Assembly: GCF_009914755.1 (NCBI RefSeq)
Contig: NC_060928.1
Direction: 5' to 3' (one strand)
Origin: the human T2T-CHM13v2.0 reference genome, Homo sapiens
DNA length: 64,000 bases
A program made the translations under genes and the position numbers. Each line of letters starts with the position of its first letter. Position 1 is the stretch's first letter. Positions 13,465 through 30,669 of this stretch are shown here, piece after piece. A model generated the notes under the pieces. That model worked only from the letters and a program-made list of their open reading frames with translations, did no database searches and was not told the origin of the DNA.

Positions 13465-14223
13465 TCCTTTTTTTTTAATTCAAAGGGTATATATGCAGGT
13501 TTGTTACATGGGTATATTGTGTGATGCTGAGGTTTGAAATACCAATGGTCTCATCACAAATGTAGTGAACATACACCCAATAAGTAATTTTTTAGCCCAT
13601 ATCCTCCTTCTCTCTCCCTCCCTCACCCCCCCAGTAGTCCCCAGTGTTTGTTGTTCCCATCTTTTTGTCCATGTTTATTCAGTGTTTAGCTCCCACTCCT
13701 GAGTGAGAACATGTGGTATTTGGTTTTCTGTTCTTGTGTTAATTCACTTAGGATAATGGCCTTCTTATGTATCTGTGTTGCTACTAAGGACATGATTTTG
13801 TTCTTCTTTATGGCTGTATAGAATCCAATGGTGTATATGTACCACCTTTACTTTATCCAGTCCACCACTGATGAGTATGTAGGTTGATGTCTTTGCTTTT
13901 ATGAACAGTGCTGTAATAAACATATGAGTACATGTGTCGTTTTGGTAAATCTATTTATTTTCCTTTGGGTCTATACCCAGTAATGGGATTGCTGGGTTGA
14001 ATAATGGCTTTGTTTCAAATTCTTTGACAAAGCTTCAAACTGATTTATACAGTGGCTGAACTAATTTGCATTCCCACCAGTGTATTAAGTGGTCCCTTTT
14101 CTCTGCAGCTGGGACACCATCTTTTTTTTTTTATTTTTTTTAGATTCTAGTAATTTCAATTTTGACTGTTAAAATAAATCTCGGCAAATTGTGGTTTTGA
14201 TTTGCATTTCTCCAATCATTGGT
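13465..14223 (-). mobile_element. L1PA15/16-like 3' end
   Basis: Poly-T followed by gcaggtttgttacatgggtatattgtgtgatgctgagg and L1 3'UTR/ORF2-end sequence. Confidence 0.88.
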
Positions 14224-14975
14224 TATCAGGGAACCTGCCCCGATAGTCACATGGGTTCTTTTCTATTTTCCCTAAGCGTTGGCCAGTTTGAGAAATAAAG
14301 GGACAGAGTACAAAAGAGAGAAATTTTAAAGCTGGGCGTCCGGGGGAGACATTGCATGTTGGTAGGTTCCATGATGCCCCACAAGCCACATAACCAGCAA
14401 GTTTTTTATTAGGGACTTTCAAAAGGGTAGGGAGTATACGAATAGGTTGTGGGTCACAGACATCAAGTACTTCACAAGGTAATAGAATATCACAAGGCAA
14501 ATGGAGGCAGGGCGAGATCACAGGACCACAGGACCAGGGCAAAATTAAAATTGCTAATGAAGTTTTGGGCACCATTGTCATTGATAACATCTTATCAGGA
14601 GACAGGGTTTTGAGAGCAACCGGTCTGACCAAAATTTATTAGGCAGGAATTTCCTCTTCCTAATAAGCCTGGGAGCGCTATGGGAGACTGGGGTCTATTT
14701 CACCCCTACAGCCTCAACCATAGAAGATGGCCACGCCCAGGGGGGCTGTCTATAGACCCACCCCCTGGCACGTATTCTCTTTCCCAGGGATGTTCCTTGC
14801 TGAGAAAAAGAATTCAGTGATATTTCTCCCATTTGCTTTTGAAAGAAGAGAAATCTGGTTCTGTTACGCCCGGCTCACCAGTGGTCAGAGGTTATGGTTA
14901 TCTCTCTTATTCCCTGAACAATTGCTGTTATCCTGTTCTTTTTTCAAGGTGCCCAGATTTCATATTGTTAAAACA
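14224..14975 (-). mobile_element. MER11 (HERV-K11/HML-8) LTR, 5' part missing
   Basis: tatcagggaacctgccccgatagtcac...gagaaataaagggacagagtacaaaagagagaaattttaaagctggg is the reverse complement of the MER11 3' end. CpG-richer than its flanks. Confidence 0.88.
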
Positions 14976-15072
14976 ATCTGCTTACCCAACAATGATTGGC
15001 TACCAGCCTGAAGAGTGACACAGTAGGCTCATTGTGGGCCATGAGTGAATTTCAAGAGTGCAAGAGGTAGAC

Positions 15073-15562
15073 TGTAGCAGATGTGGTAAATGTCTTGCCC
15101 TCTATGCTCATCTCTGAGTTTACCAGCAGCCATACATGCTGATAGCTTCTCAGTTCCAGTGCCTGCTTCCTATGTTCCTCTGACTGAAGGATTTAGCCAC
15201 TGGAATCTGCTCAACCCACATTCAGTGAAGGCTGCATGTGCCAGGAATTTGGTGTCCACAGGGGAGTTCACAACGCATGAAAAACAGAAGTTAGCGGATA
15301 TGTTCCACACTTCTCAATTCCTTGGTGTAACTTTGGTGTAACCTCGGCATAAGCACATTCTATGTGCTTCCTCAGAACTGTTAATAGGATCAAGCACCAG
15401 TCTCCCATAGCAGTCACCTGCTCATTTAGACATACTTAATCGGACTGTCTCCCTTTCATGGCTCACCTGTACTTCCCTCTCACTATTGTGATTACTTCCC
15501 ACAACTACCTGCAACGAGATCTTGCTTTAGGACCTGGTGCAAAGGGAATCAAAATATTGACA
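15073..15562 (+). mobile_element. LTR16-family ERVL solo LTR
   Basis: TGTAGCAGATG start; ggatcaagcaccag..cccatagcagtcacctgctc; ttcccacaactacctgca; end gggaatcaaaatattgaca. Confidence 0.7.
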
Positions 15563-15649
15563 ATTACCATATTCATATTCTTCATCTTTCATTTCGCTAT
15601 CTCAGACATTTGAATTTCTCTTCATATTTATTCTAGTCTTAAGCATTTA

Positions 15650-16480
15650 TCATCTTATGAATTTTTCTTTATTTTTAAATTTCCTATCTCTTCTTGCTGA
15701 TTTATAAGAATTCCATGCATATTCTTGGTATCATTTTCTTGTCTCTTTTGGACATTGCAAATATATTCTTTTAATATATCACTATCTATTAGATTCTTCA
15801 ATGATATCTTTCACTGATATGAATCCTTAATTTTGATGTAATCATATTCATCTTTTTTTTTTTTTACTTTTTCTTTTTAAAACCTTAGTTGGATGACCCC
15901 TCTTTATAAAATTTATTTTTCTGGTTAGCAGGTTAGCTCACCTGTTAGTGGATGTTTGCTTCTCTATATAAATTTTGGAGTAAATTGATCAAGTTTTTTA
16001 AACAAATAGCTGCAATGTTGGTAGAGTTTATATTGATATTTAGGTTGTTTCATGGATATAGTTTATCTAAGTACATGGACTATATTTGCATTTATTCGGG
16101 TCACCTTCATGTTCTTAATGGCTAGTTTATATTCTAAAATATTTTTATTTTAATGCTTTCAAATGATTACTCCATAGTACTTTTTCTGTAATTTAAATAT
16201 ATACTGGCATCCACGGTTGTTGTCTAAAGATCTTATATCCATCTGATAATAGTGTTTTTCTTTTAAAGATGATGTTCTCTGTTTCTCAAAAGCTTTGAGA
16301 ATTTTCTTTATATGCGTCATATTTATAAATAAACTGTTATGTGGCTTAGGTTTGGAATTTTTTCTATCTTGCCTACTTGTCATGCAATGAATCTTTTGAA
16401 TTTGCCAATTTTCATCTTTCTCTAGGTCTGAGAAACACTTTCTTCTCTTCATTTGTGTTTCATTGGGTATGTCTACATCC
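15650..16480 (-). mobile_element. Ancient L1M fragments (ORF2 and ORF1 remnants)
   Basis: T-rich L1-like text. ORF 16159-16452 resembles L1 ORF1 (QIQKIH..KPKPH..KILKA). Confidence 0.55.
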
Positions 16481-16843
16481 CGATGCTGAAAATGCTGTAA
16501 CTACCACCTTTCGTTTAGAAAGAGAGGCAGTGAAGAATACTTTTCTCTCCTCAATATTTCTTAAACCCTTTTGTAAATAGTGGTAAAAGGTAATGGACCT
16601 TTTAGGTTGTAATCCACCAGGTTCAGGAGTTTGGACAAGGAAGAATTGGATAAGTGAAAGAACCAGATGATCTGAACTGAAGACTCCAATAGGGCCTTTA
16701 GGCTGCTTTGATTTTACTCCAACTATTGGCTAAAAGACAATCAATATTTTTAACGACAATGTGAAGAAAAGCCAAGGGCAGACATTTACACATTTCTTTC
16801 GACCTGCCCTTTCTCTGCCCCTGGCTTCAAGTTACAACCACTA

Positions 16844-17402
16844 TGTAAGAAATGCAAAATGCTTGTTCTCTGGTGCCGCAAAGAAATAGCACTTGAACAT
16901 AAATTTAATTCTCTCAGCAAGGCAATTTTTACTTTCTGCAGAAAGAGTTCACTTGGCACCAGTCTTGCCACAAGAGTATACCGAACAAAGAAAAAGCAGA
17001 CATATTTATCCCTTACGCATTTGGGTTGTCCTTAATGCTGTGTCCTGCATCCATTGGTTGGAGCCAAACCTCACAGTCTAAACTGACACCCGATTTGCTA
17101 ACAACCTAAAACCTTTTTAAGTAGGTAAAGGTAAGGGAGAACAAAGGAAAAGAGGAAGTTGCTTACGATAGATTTAAAGAAGTAATAACATTTCTAAATA
17201 AGGAAGGGACGTAGGCTGTGAGCTGGAACATGCCTGTGAGCATGTTCAACAGCTACATAGAATAGGGCTTAGCAAAGAGTTATTAGCACAAAGCAAGGAG
17301 GCTTGAAGAAAGTTAGTCTTTAAAAGAAACTATTATTTCTAACATTTACGATTTATTCTTTAAGAAGGGAAACTTTGAAGAGGAAACTTTTTACTTTCTA
17401 TA
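16844..17402 (-). mobile_element. LTR10 (LTR10C-like, HERV-I) solo LTR
   Basis: Reverse complement starts tatagaaagtaaaaagtttcctcttcaaagtttccc. 4-bp TSD acta at 16840-16843 and 17403-17406. Confidence 0.85.
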
Positions 17403-18441
17403 ACTAGCCAATACATATTCCACTTCAAGGAAGCCTTTACTTTCTCTGAGAGTCTTTCATATTAGGTTTGTTAGTTTCTGTGATTCATATTTGCTCCTTT
17501 CTTTCATAATTTTTTCATCACTTTTGGAGCAGATCCAGCAAATTGTACTAGTTTACTATTTTGACCAGAACTGGAAAACATCCTCAGTAGTCCTAAGAAT
17601 GCCTAAAGTTATTCCTTTCCTTATTACACCCCTCTATAAATTGTTTCAAGATTTGAAGCAATTCTTGCATGAGTGCATACATTAATCCAGCATCACTCTT
17701 GTTCTTTACAGGCATTTTCTTAAAATATGACAAAAAATCATTTATTTTGATCTCCATAATACAGTTTTATCCCAATCAAACTTATTTTAATAAGAGTATA
17801 GGATTGCCACAAAAGTTTAATTTTTTCTTCAGTAAAGTTATATAAATAAAACCTATTTTTAGTAGAACCCAAGACATTTTTCTAACACTATATGTTATCT
17901 ATTAAAAATGTATTTGTCCATTTATAATACTTGCACAGTCCTTAGTGATATATTTCTTTATCAAAGCAATGAAATAGCAAAATCAATAACATTTTAAATA
18001 ATTTTGGAAAGTATACATAAAAGTACACTACAATTTTTCTATATATTGAGCTAAACCAAATATCTAAAAACCTAAAAAGGAAAATAAAAGTTTTAATTTG
18101 AATATAAAAATTGAATGCTTAATAGGAAAAGTATTTGTGTAAGGTTGTGTTTTTTTCTGATCGTCACTTATTGAGACACTTTAGGTGATACACTAGAAGC
18201 TAACAGAGCAATAACTAAAATTAATTATCTCATTTCATATACATAATCACTATTAATACCTTGGTATATATCCATTCATGTATTTACATCACAACCATTC
18301 ATACATACATTAATATGAACATATGCATGTAAAATATATCATATATAATCATTTAGCAAACCTTATTTTATAGTTTGTACTTTATTACTTAACTCTATAT
18401 TTTTTCTTTATGGTCACCTGTTTCTCTTAAGCTTGATTTTT

Positions 18442-18716
<275 letters not shown>

Positions 18717-18764
18717 TAGTATATTTAGGCAATGCCAATTGTTGGACAATAATAATTATTTTAT

Positions 18765-19190
18765 CAATCAGTGTATAATAGATATTTTTGGTAAAGCAGC
18801 TCAAAAATCTTAGTGGCTTATGAAGATAAGATATTATTACACATGTCTATAGCATGTCCAGTAAGAGGTTGCTAAGGCCTCTAATTCATATTATCTTGAA
18901 TCTTGGATCCAGGTTGATGGAGGAGTCAAGATCTCTAATACTGCATGTGGCAGTGTTAGAGGGAGGGGAAGCATGAGAAACCATGTATTTACTAGTTTTT
19001 AAAATTTTCCTTGAGAGAAGACACATATATTATTTCCCCTTATTTTACGTGTCAAACATATGAATTTTTCTAATTATATTTGGCCAGGACTAACTATATA
19101 TGACCATATCCAAATAAAAGGCAATTGGATATTAAAAGCTTACATGTTTCTTGAAAAAAAAATGAGAAGTAAAATACTTATGAACAACTC
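18765..19190 (-). mobile_element. Old MLT1 (K/L-like) LTR remnant
   Basis: aaaatcttagtggctta...ggatccaggttgatggagg...tggcagtgttagaggga pattern. Confidence 0.45.
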
Positions 19191-19819
19191 TGAAAACCAA
19201 TGTCAACTTACCTCGAGTCTTCAAATATTCAGTTCACTCTCCTTCCAACTCAAAAACGCAGTCATTTTCTCCTGAAGAAAGACAATTTCATATGGTCACA
19301 GCATGGAACTCGAAGTACAAGCCTTCTGGATCATGAACAATAATATTTTCACTTAATGTTATTATAGTTATCAATATGGATGAAGATATTAAACTAAACA
19401 TTTTTATTGAAGAACTGCTGCTTTAACATCTTAACAGATATAGTCAGTAGTTTTATCATCCCAAAATATGCAGCATATAATATTTCTATTAAATTAAATT
19501 CAATATAGTCACAGTATAGAAAATATTTGATTAAGTCAGTGGCAGAAAGAGTATTGACAATATTTCTTAGCAACATTGCATCAAGATTTCATCACCTCTT
19601 TTTTTTTATTTTGTTTTATACTTTAAGATCTAGGTTACATGTGCACAACGTGCAGTTTTGTTACATAGGTATACATGTGCCATGTTGATTTGATGAACCC
19701 ACCAACTTGTCATTTACATTAGGTATTTCTCCTAATGCTATCCCTCCCCCAGCCCCCCACCACCTGACAGGCCTCAGGTGTGTGATATTCTCCACCCTGT
19801 GTCCAAGTGTTCTCATTGT

Positions 19820-23694
<3,875 letters not shown>

Positions 23695-23757
23695 TATGGT
23701 GTTAGCTGGTTATTTTGCCCATTAATTGATGCAGTTTCTTCATAGCATCAATGGTCT

Positions 23758-24783
23758 TTACAATTTGGCATATTTTTGCAGTGGCTGGTACTGGTTGTTC
23801 CTTTCCATGTTTAGCGCTTCCTTCAGGAGCTCTTGTAAGGCAGGCCTGGTGGTGACAAAAATCTCTCAGCATTTGTCTGTACAGGATTTTATTTCTCCTT
23901 CACTTATGAAGTTTAGTTTGGCTGGACATGAGATCCTGGGTTGAAAATTCTTTCCTTTAAGAATGTTGAATATTGGCCCCCACTCTCTTCTGGCTTGTAG
24001 GGCTTCTGCTGAGAGATCTGCTGTTAGTCTGATGGGCTTCCCTTTTTGGGTAACCCAACCTTTCTCTCTGGCTGCCCTTAACATTTTTTCCTTCATTTCA
24101 ACCTTGGTTAATCTGATGATTATGTTTGTCTTGGGGTTGCTCTTCTTGAGGAGTATTTTTATGGTGTTCTCTGTATTTCCTGAATTTGAATTTTGGCCTG
24201 CCTTGCTAGGTTGGAGAAGCTCTCCTGGATAATATCCTGAAGAGTGTTTTCCAACTTGATTACATTCTCCCTGTCACTTTCATGTACACCAATCAAATGT
24301 AGATTTGGTCTTTTCACATAGTCCCATATTTCTTGGAGGCTTTATTCATTTCTTTTTACTCTTTTTTCTCTAACCTTGTCTTCTCACTTTATTTCATTCA
24401 TTTGATCTTCAATCACTGATACCCTTTCTTCCACTTGATCGAATTGGCTATTCAAGCTTGTGCATGCATCACAAACTTCTCATGGCATGGTTTTCAGCTC
24501 CATCAGGTCATTTAAGGTCTTCTCTACACTATTTATTCCAGTTAGCCATTCATCTAACCTTTTTTTCAAGGTTTTTAGCTTCCTTGCTTTAAGTTTGAAC
24601 TTGCTCCTTTAGCTCGGAGAAGTTTGTTATTACTGACCTTCTGAAGGCTACTTCTGTGAACTTGTCAAAGTCATTCTCTGTCCAGCTTTGTTCCATTGCT
24701 GGCGAGGAGCTGTGAGCCTTTGGAAGTGAAGAGGTGCTCTGTTTTTTAGAATTTTTAGCTTTTCTCCTCTGGTTGCTCCCAAT
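23758..24783 (-). pseudogene. L1 ORF1, disrupted (start ATG mutated to ATT)
   Basis: MKEKMLRAAREKG..GKPIRLTADLSAE..ARREWGPIF fragment at 23866-24096. Confidence 0.9.
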
Positions 24784-25378
24784 CTTTGTGGTTTTATCTA
24801 CCTTTGGTCTTTGATGTTGGTGACCTACAAATGGGGTTTTGGTGTAGATGTCCTTTTTGTTGATATTGATGCTATTCCTTTCTGTTTGTTAGTTTTCCTT
24901 CTAACAGTCAGAGCCCTCAGCTGGAGGTCTATTGGAGTGAGCTGGAGGTCCACTCCACACCCTGTTTGCTTGGATATCACCAGCAGAGGCTGCAGAACAG
25001 CAAATATTGCAGAAGAGCAAATATTGTTTCCTGATCCTTCCTCTGGAAGCTTTGTCCCAGAGGGGCACCCATCTGTATGAGGTGTCTGTTGGCCCCTACT
25101 GGGAGGTGTCTCCCAGTTAGGCTACATGGTGGTCAGGGACCCACTTGAGGAGGCAGTCTGTCCGGTCTCAGAACTCAAACACCATGCGGGAGAAACACTG
25201 CTCTCTTCAGAGCTGTCAAACAGGGATGTTTAAGTCTGCAGAAGTTTCTGTTGCCTTTTTTTCAGCTATGCCCTGCCCACAGAGGTGGTCTGTAGAGGCA
25301 GTAGGCCTTGCTGAGCTGCAGTGGGCTCTGCCCAGTTTGAGGTTCCAGGTGCTTTGTTTGCCTACTCAAGCCTCAGCA

Positions 25379-25729
25379 ATGGTGGACACCCCTCCCCCCG
25401 CCAGGCTGCAGTCTCACAGGTTGATCTCAGACTGCTGCCCTAGCAGTGAGCAAGGCTCCATGGGTGTGGGACCCACTGAGCCAGGCACAGGAGAAAACCT
25501 CCTGGTCTTCCAGTTGCTAAGACTGTGGGAAAAGCATAGTATTTGGGCAGAAGCATACGGTTTTTCCAGGTACAGTCTGTCATGGCTTCCCTTGTCTAGG
25601 AAAGGGAAATACTCCAATCCCTTGGGCTTCCTGGGTGAGGCGACACCCTGCCCTGCTTTGGCTCGCCCTCCGTGGGCTGTACCCACTGTACAACCAGTCC
25701 CAATGAAATTAACCAGGTACCTCAGTTAG
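25379..25729 (+). CDS. ORF0: L1 antisense ORF0 homologue, open for 116 aa (expression unknown)
   Basis: gcaATGg start; MVDTPPPARLQSHRLISDCCPSSEQGSMGVGPTEPG aligns with L1HS ORF0 MAGAPPPASLPPCSLISDCCASNQRDSVGVGPSEPG. Confidence 0.5.
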   Translation: MVDTPPPARLQSHRLISDCCPSSEQGSMGVGPTEPGTGENLLVFQLLRLWEKHSIWAEAYGFSRYSLSWLPLSRKGKYSNPLGFLGEATPCPALARPPWAVPTVQPVPMKLTRYLS

Positions 25730-27604
25730 AAATGTAGAAATCACCCATCTTCTGCATCGATCATGCTGGGAGCTACAAACCGGAGCTGTTCCTATTCAGC
25801 CATCTTGGAACGGGCTCATCACCTCTTTTACACTGGTTAGGAATATGTAACTATCAAAAGAAAAATCATCAATATTTGTGCCAAAGTATCTCATCAGGGA
25901 AACAAATTGTTTATTTCCCCTAGTAATCTACCCAAATTTACCATACCTTTGACAGAGAGTTAGATTGTGTTTATTTTTCAAATTCCTGATATACTAGTTT
26001 TATTGCCTAGGGGGTGGTTGATAGTACTAATTTATATTTCAACATCAGTTGTACTTTCTTCCCCTTTATCTTTTTCGCCATGTTTATTGATTATTCTGTC
26101 TACTGATTGAAGGTCTTATTATTCCTTTGCTATTTTTAAAAGTTGATTAAAAAAAAGATAATTTCATAGTCTGCTCTTCCCTAAACTCTCCATTTTTCTT
26201 GTGAATTCTGTTGAGACCACCACAATTTTTAGTTGGTATTTCTATTTGGTATGTCAAAATTTGTACATTTTGTATTTTTACTCAGTTATGAGGCTTAACA
26301 GAATCAGAAATCAAAACCCTATAAATTCATCTTCATACCTATTTGATGCTCCGTAGTCTGATATATTTGGTAGTGTTAAATTATTTGATTAGTTTTGTTG
26401 TATAAGATATATTCACTTAAAATATTTTTGATGTGCAATCACAAGTACATATAAGCAATTTCTCCTACAAATTCTCAGTAGAAGTGATGTAATGTGCTAA
26501 ATTTATTCTGACATTCTCCATAAACATTAGCAATAGCATTTTTAGTGTTACATGTCTGGGCAAAGTTCGTTTTGCTTACTTAAGGCAGTGATATCACTGT
26601 GTCAATTGTCTCCATAACTGAAGAGTTGCTCATTTTAACCCTGGCTATATATAGCAAATGCCCAAGTTTATCATCTTGGATAACTGCTCAGCATTAAAAA
26701 TAATGTTGAATCTTCTGCCCCTTCTTTTTTATACCAGCAGTGTTCCCACTTGTCTTTAATATTCTTTCTGAGATCATATTCGAGCTCTTTCTTTCCTTAA
26801 CTCAGTGGAAAAATTGCTGTATCTTTGGGAACATTGAGATCCAATGGTATTGATATAAAACCAGAAAATCTATTAACAGTAGAGAAAGTAACTGTGAAAT
26901 CCTAGTAAAATGGCAATACAGAGCATTGCTACTGATTTTGCTTCCCAATTCAATACCAACTAGTAACGTCTCTATGATTAAACAGCTTTTTATGGTCTAC
27001 GAGTTAGGGTAAAAATTGTGGTCTAGTGAAAAGAGAAAAGTTATAAGATGTTTTTCCCTTAGAGCAAATGATTGCTGAAATACCACAGGTGGAATGTCTC
27101 AGGATATGCATTCATAAACAAAGATTCTGGAGACTCTCTGCCTTGAGCAGATCTATGAAGTATGGGTAAGAAGGGTGGCATTCTCTTTGTTCCCCAAGGA
27201 GTTGAAAAATAGTAAATCAGATAGGCTGAAGATTCTCTTACCCTAAAGCTGGGAATGCTCTAATTTTGCGGCTAACATTATAAGGAAAAACACTGCTTAG
27301 TGCCTGGACAAAGGAACCGACAAGTTTTAAGCTGGTTTAGCTCTGGCACACACAGAGGAAGATTTAATTTCCACCACTCTTAGGAACAACTTCAGTGAAT
27401 AACTGAAGCCAAATTCCAAGAGGTACTTAAAATACTCTGACAATGTACTTAATATGTTCCAGCAGACAGAAAATAAACAAAAAAAGAACTAGCAGTAAAG
27501 TAGGGTTACAGGAAGAAACAGGTGGCAATTTGAACAATGGGGAGACAGAGAGAAAAGGGAGAGAGAGAAATGGAGAGAGAAAGAGCAAAAGATTCCTTTT
27601 AGGG

Positions 27605-28305
27605 ATGTCAAATAAAAATCAAATCCAAAACTAGTATGGAAAGATTTTATTTGCAAAGATTATTGCAAGTGGGGGAAAAAGCACTACTGTAACAGCATCT
27701 CCCCTGTTTGGCTATTGTGACCAGAAGAATAATCTGAATATAAAATATGCAAATAACCCAAGGGATAGAAGAAAAAGAATTTTTTCTTCATAAAGACAAG
27801 TGAACAAGGTAAAAAAGAATGAGCTATGGGCATGTGGGATAAACGAAAGAATCATGACTGGACAGTAGATCAGAGAATGTTTTACCTGGAGGCCAGCCTA
27901 CTCTCAGGAGAGACTGGTAAAGAGGGATTGAATGCTAGTTAAGGCTGAGAGTGAGTGAAAATTCAAGAACCCTGAAGGAAGGAAATAATCTTAACCAAAG
28001 TTTGGTCAATAGAAATTTTATTCTGAATCATCAGCTAATTATTTATGAGGCAAAAAATGGAAATATGAAAGGTGTATGTCTGGTCTCGTCATAAGTGCAC
28101 ACGGTGGCATCCAAAGTTTTATCTAAGTTAATATGGGGAAGGGAGCTTCTTTGCAGTATGTTGTTTCCCAGAACAAGAAAGAAAGGCTGTGTGGGGATAG
28201 GGTGAAGGTGGGAGGAGGGGAGCGAGTGAATAGTGAGGTGTGTGTGCAATTTCTTAACTTCCACTTTTTATTAGTATTACAGGGCTCAAATAAGATTAAA
28301 TGTCA
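27605..28305 (-). mobile_element. ERV1 solo LTR (MER67-like)
   Basis: tgtcaaataaaaatc...agattttatt...attattgcaagtggggg and ttaaccaaagtttggtc...atttatgaggcaaa motifs. Confidence 0.55.
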
Positions 28306-29116
28306 GGGAGATGTTTTTATAGCACAATAAAATTGTGTAAGACTTATACTTTTTGTCTTGCAAACAATCAGGCGATAAAAAGAAAGAATAGTCACTGTTG
28401 GATAACTAAATTCTTAACTGAAAGACCACATGTTAGAAATATCATAAAACTTAGACCAAAATTTGAGAAATAAAGCAATGAACAAAGAGGTAAAAGAATT
28501 AGAGTACAAATAGTGACTATCAATGTGGAAAAAAATTTAAAATAGTCATGAAGCATCTTTTAAAATGATAAAATTAAGGAGAGACAAATATGTTAGAAGC
28601 TATAAATAAAACTTATTGATATGAAATTTTACAGTTTGTTTACCCAAATTCAAGGCAAGATTAAAAAAAATGTACACAAACAAGCACTCCTATAAGCAGA
28701 TATTAGTAAAAAAAATTAATTTTGGGGGGTCAACAGAAAATATTGCAAGCCTCCAATTAGATAACGTAATTGATTTGTAGAAGTAGAAATAATGAAACTG
28801 ATATTAGGTTTCCTAGCTGCAGGACTGGAAGCTGGAAGACTATAGAATAGCATCTACATAATAATACAAATACACCTGAAACTCAGTGTCCATATATGCA
28901 ACTAAAAATATATCATTCATCAGTCACGATAATAGATATTTGCCAAGTTCAAGAATTCAGAGATTATATCACTCATGCCCTATACCAAAAAACAATTAGT
29001 AAAAAGACATCGAAATAATGCATTAATCAAAATAATGCATTAACCCAGGCTAAAACTTGAAATAGAGGAAGATGAAGAAAGAAAGATTGTGGTGAGCAAT
29101 CAACCTTTTTGCATAT

Positions 29117-29171
29117 ATCTCTATCTATCTATCTATCTATGTATCTATCTATCTATCTAGTCTATCTATCT
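29117..29171. repeat. (TCTA)n tetranucleotide STR, interrupted
   Basis: Seen directly. Confidence 0.95.
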
Positions 29172-29262
29172 GTTGCAATCTAAATTAAATCTTATTAATG
29201 GAGTGCCTCAGATTGTAATATTTATGCTGAACAGGATCCTTGAAACAAAATAGACATAATAT

Positions 29263-29304
29263 TTAGTTTAGTGCAAAAGTGATTGTGAGTGTTGTCATTA
29301 CTTT
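29263..29304 (+). mobile_element. Half MADE1 / Hsmar1 terminal inverted repeat
   Basis: ttagtttagtgcaaaagtgattgtgagtgttgtcattacttt versus MADE1 TTAGGTTGGTGCAAAAGTAATTGCGGTTTTTGCCATTACTTT. Confidence 0.6.
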
Positions 29305-30669
29305 ATATACCTTAACAAGAATAATAGAAACTGCCAAACCTCAGAGCCAGACAGGCGGAAGGTGAGGAGTGATATATTTCAAGGTGACACCAGAGTGGGT
29401 GGAGAGTACAAAAGTCACATTAGTTTAATACTTAACTCTTATACACTTATCTCTAGGAGGAAAGCAGTGAAAAAATAGATTTGTACAGGGAAACCACTAA
29501 ATTAACTTGTGGGAAAGACAACAATGAATAGTAATATGGTTCACACTGGCCAAAGTAAAGAATTTTGGGAGAAAAATTAAACAAGATAATTAAAGTATGA
29601 TTAAAAGTAAATCTAATATGTATACTATTAAATTAAATGTAAGTGGGTCATTGATTATCAGAGATTATCCTACTGAATTAGGGAGAATAAAGAGTTACAT
29701 GGTGCTTGAAATGACAAAAACCAAGTGCAAAGATGCACAATAGACAACCACATAAAAACAAATATTAAATGGCACTGTTAATATCAGATATGGGCAAGTT
29801 AATGGTAAGATTATTAAATAAGATAAATATGCACACTATATATTGATTAGAAGCTTAATTAATGAATTAGAGATACTAGATTGATCCACATACTTACATG
29901 CGCACCCCAAAATATCAATGAAATATACAAAGTCAAAACTATGAAAAATTCAGAGTAAAGAGAAATAAAACTTGGAAAGCAAAAATTTAGTGCATATTAT
30001 TTTAATAAGTAGACTATTTAATATTCCAGTTACTAATTGTATATTCAAAATAAAATTAAGTTATTGATGGCACTAATATATAGAAATTTTTGTATTCATT
30101 ATTTAAATGGAGAATATAAAGAGAATATTCATTTTTTGTGTTTCCAGGGAACATTTTCACACATAGTCTTTGAGAAAAGTTTAGCAAATTCTCTTATCAG
30201 TGAACTCCAAAAGAAAAATGCATATAAAAAATACCATATATTATTATTTTCAAACCAAGACACAAATTTCTGAATTACCTTAGAAAGAAGAAGAGACGAA
30301 CCCTAAAATTCAATCTATCTGAAAAGCAATGAAAAGGAGAGAACACTTTAAACCAAATTCTAAGCCTGAGAATTTTGAGGAATGGTGTCATTATTGTAAA
30401 CATAATTAGGTGGTGAGCCCAATTTTAGCCAGAGCAAACTAACAAAGTCTCTGAAACTTGGTGTGGAGCTACTGAATTGGAAAATGTAGTTTTTACCATT
30501 ATGATTGGCAAAGACAACTCAGAGAATGAGAGATGAGAAGAGAGACATCACCTTCTCTGCATTGCATTGTAGCTCACAGCAGCTACATTTCCTCATGGCT
30601 CCACCTCTTGCTTGACTGGCCCACCTGTCAGGCAAACTGGCCTCTTCTTTTACTAGAAGAGTAAAAGAA

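Larger units (their letters stand above)
28340..30360 (+). mobile_element. Ancient L1ME/L1M remnant (ORF1 to ORF2 endonuclease region)
   Basis: A-rich strand with degenerate L1 motifs (ggaagctggaagactatagaatagcatc; taaatgtaagtggg; ggaacattttcac). Confidence 0.55.

Noticed and set aside
14216-14632. 138-aa ORF
   Set aside because: Lies wholly within the MER11 LTR and has no recognisable domain.
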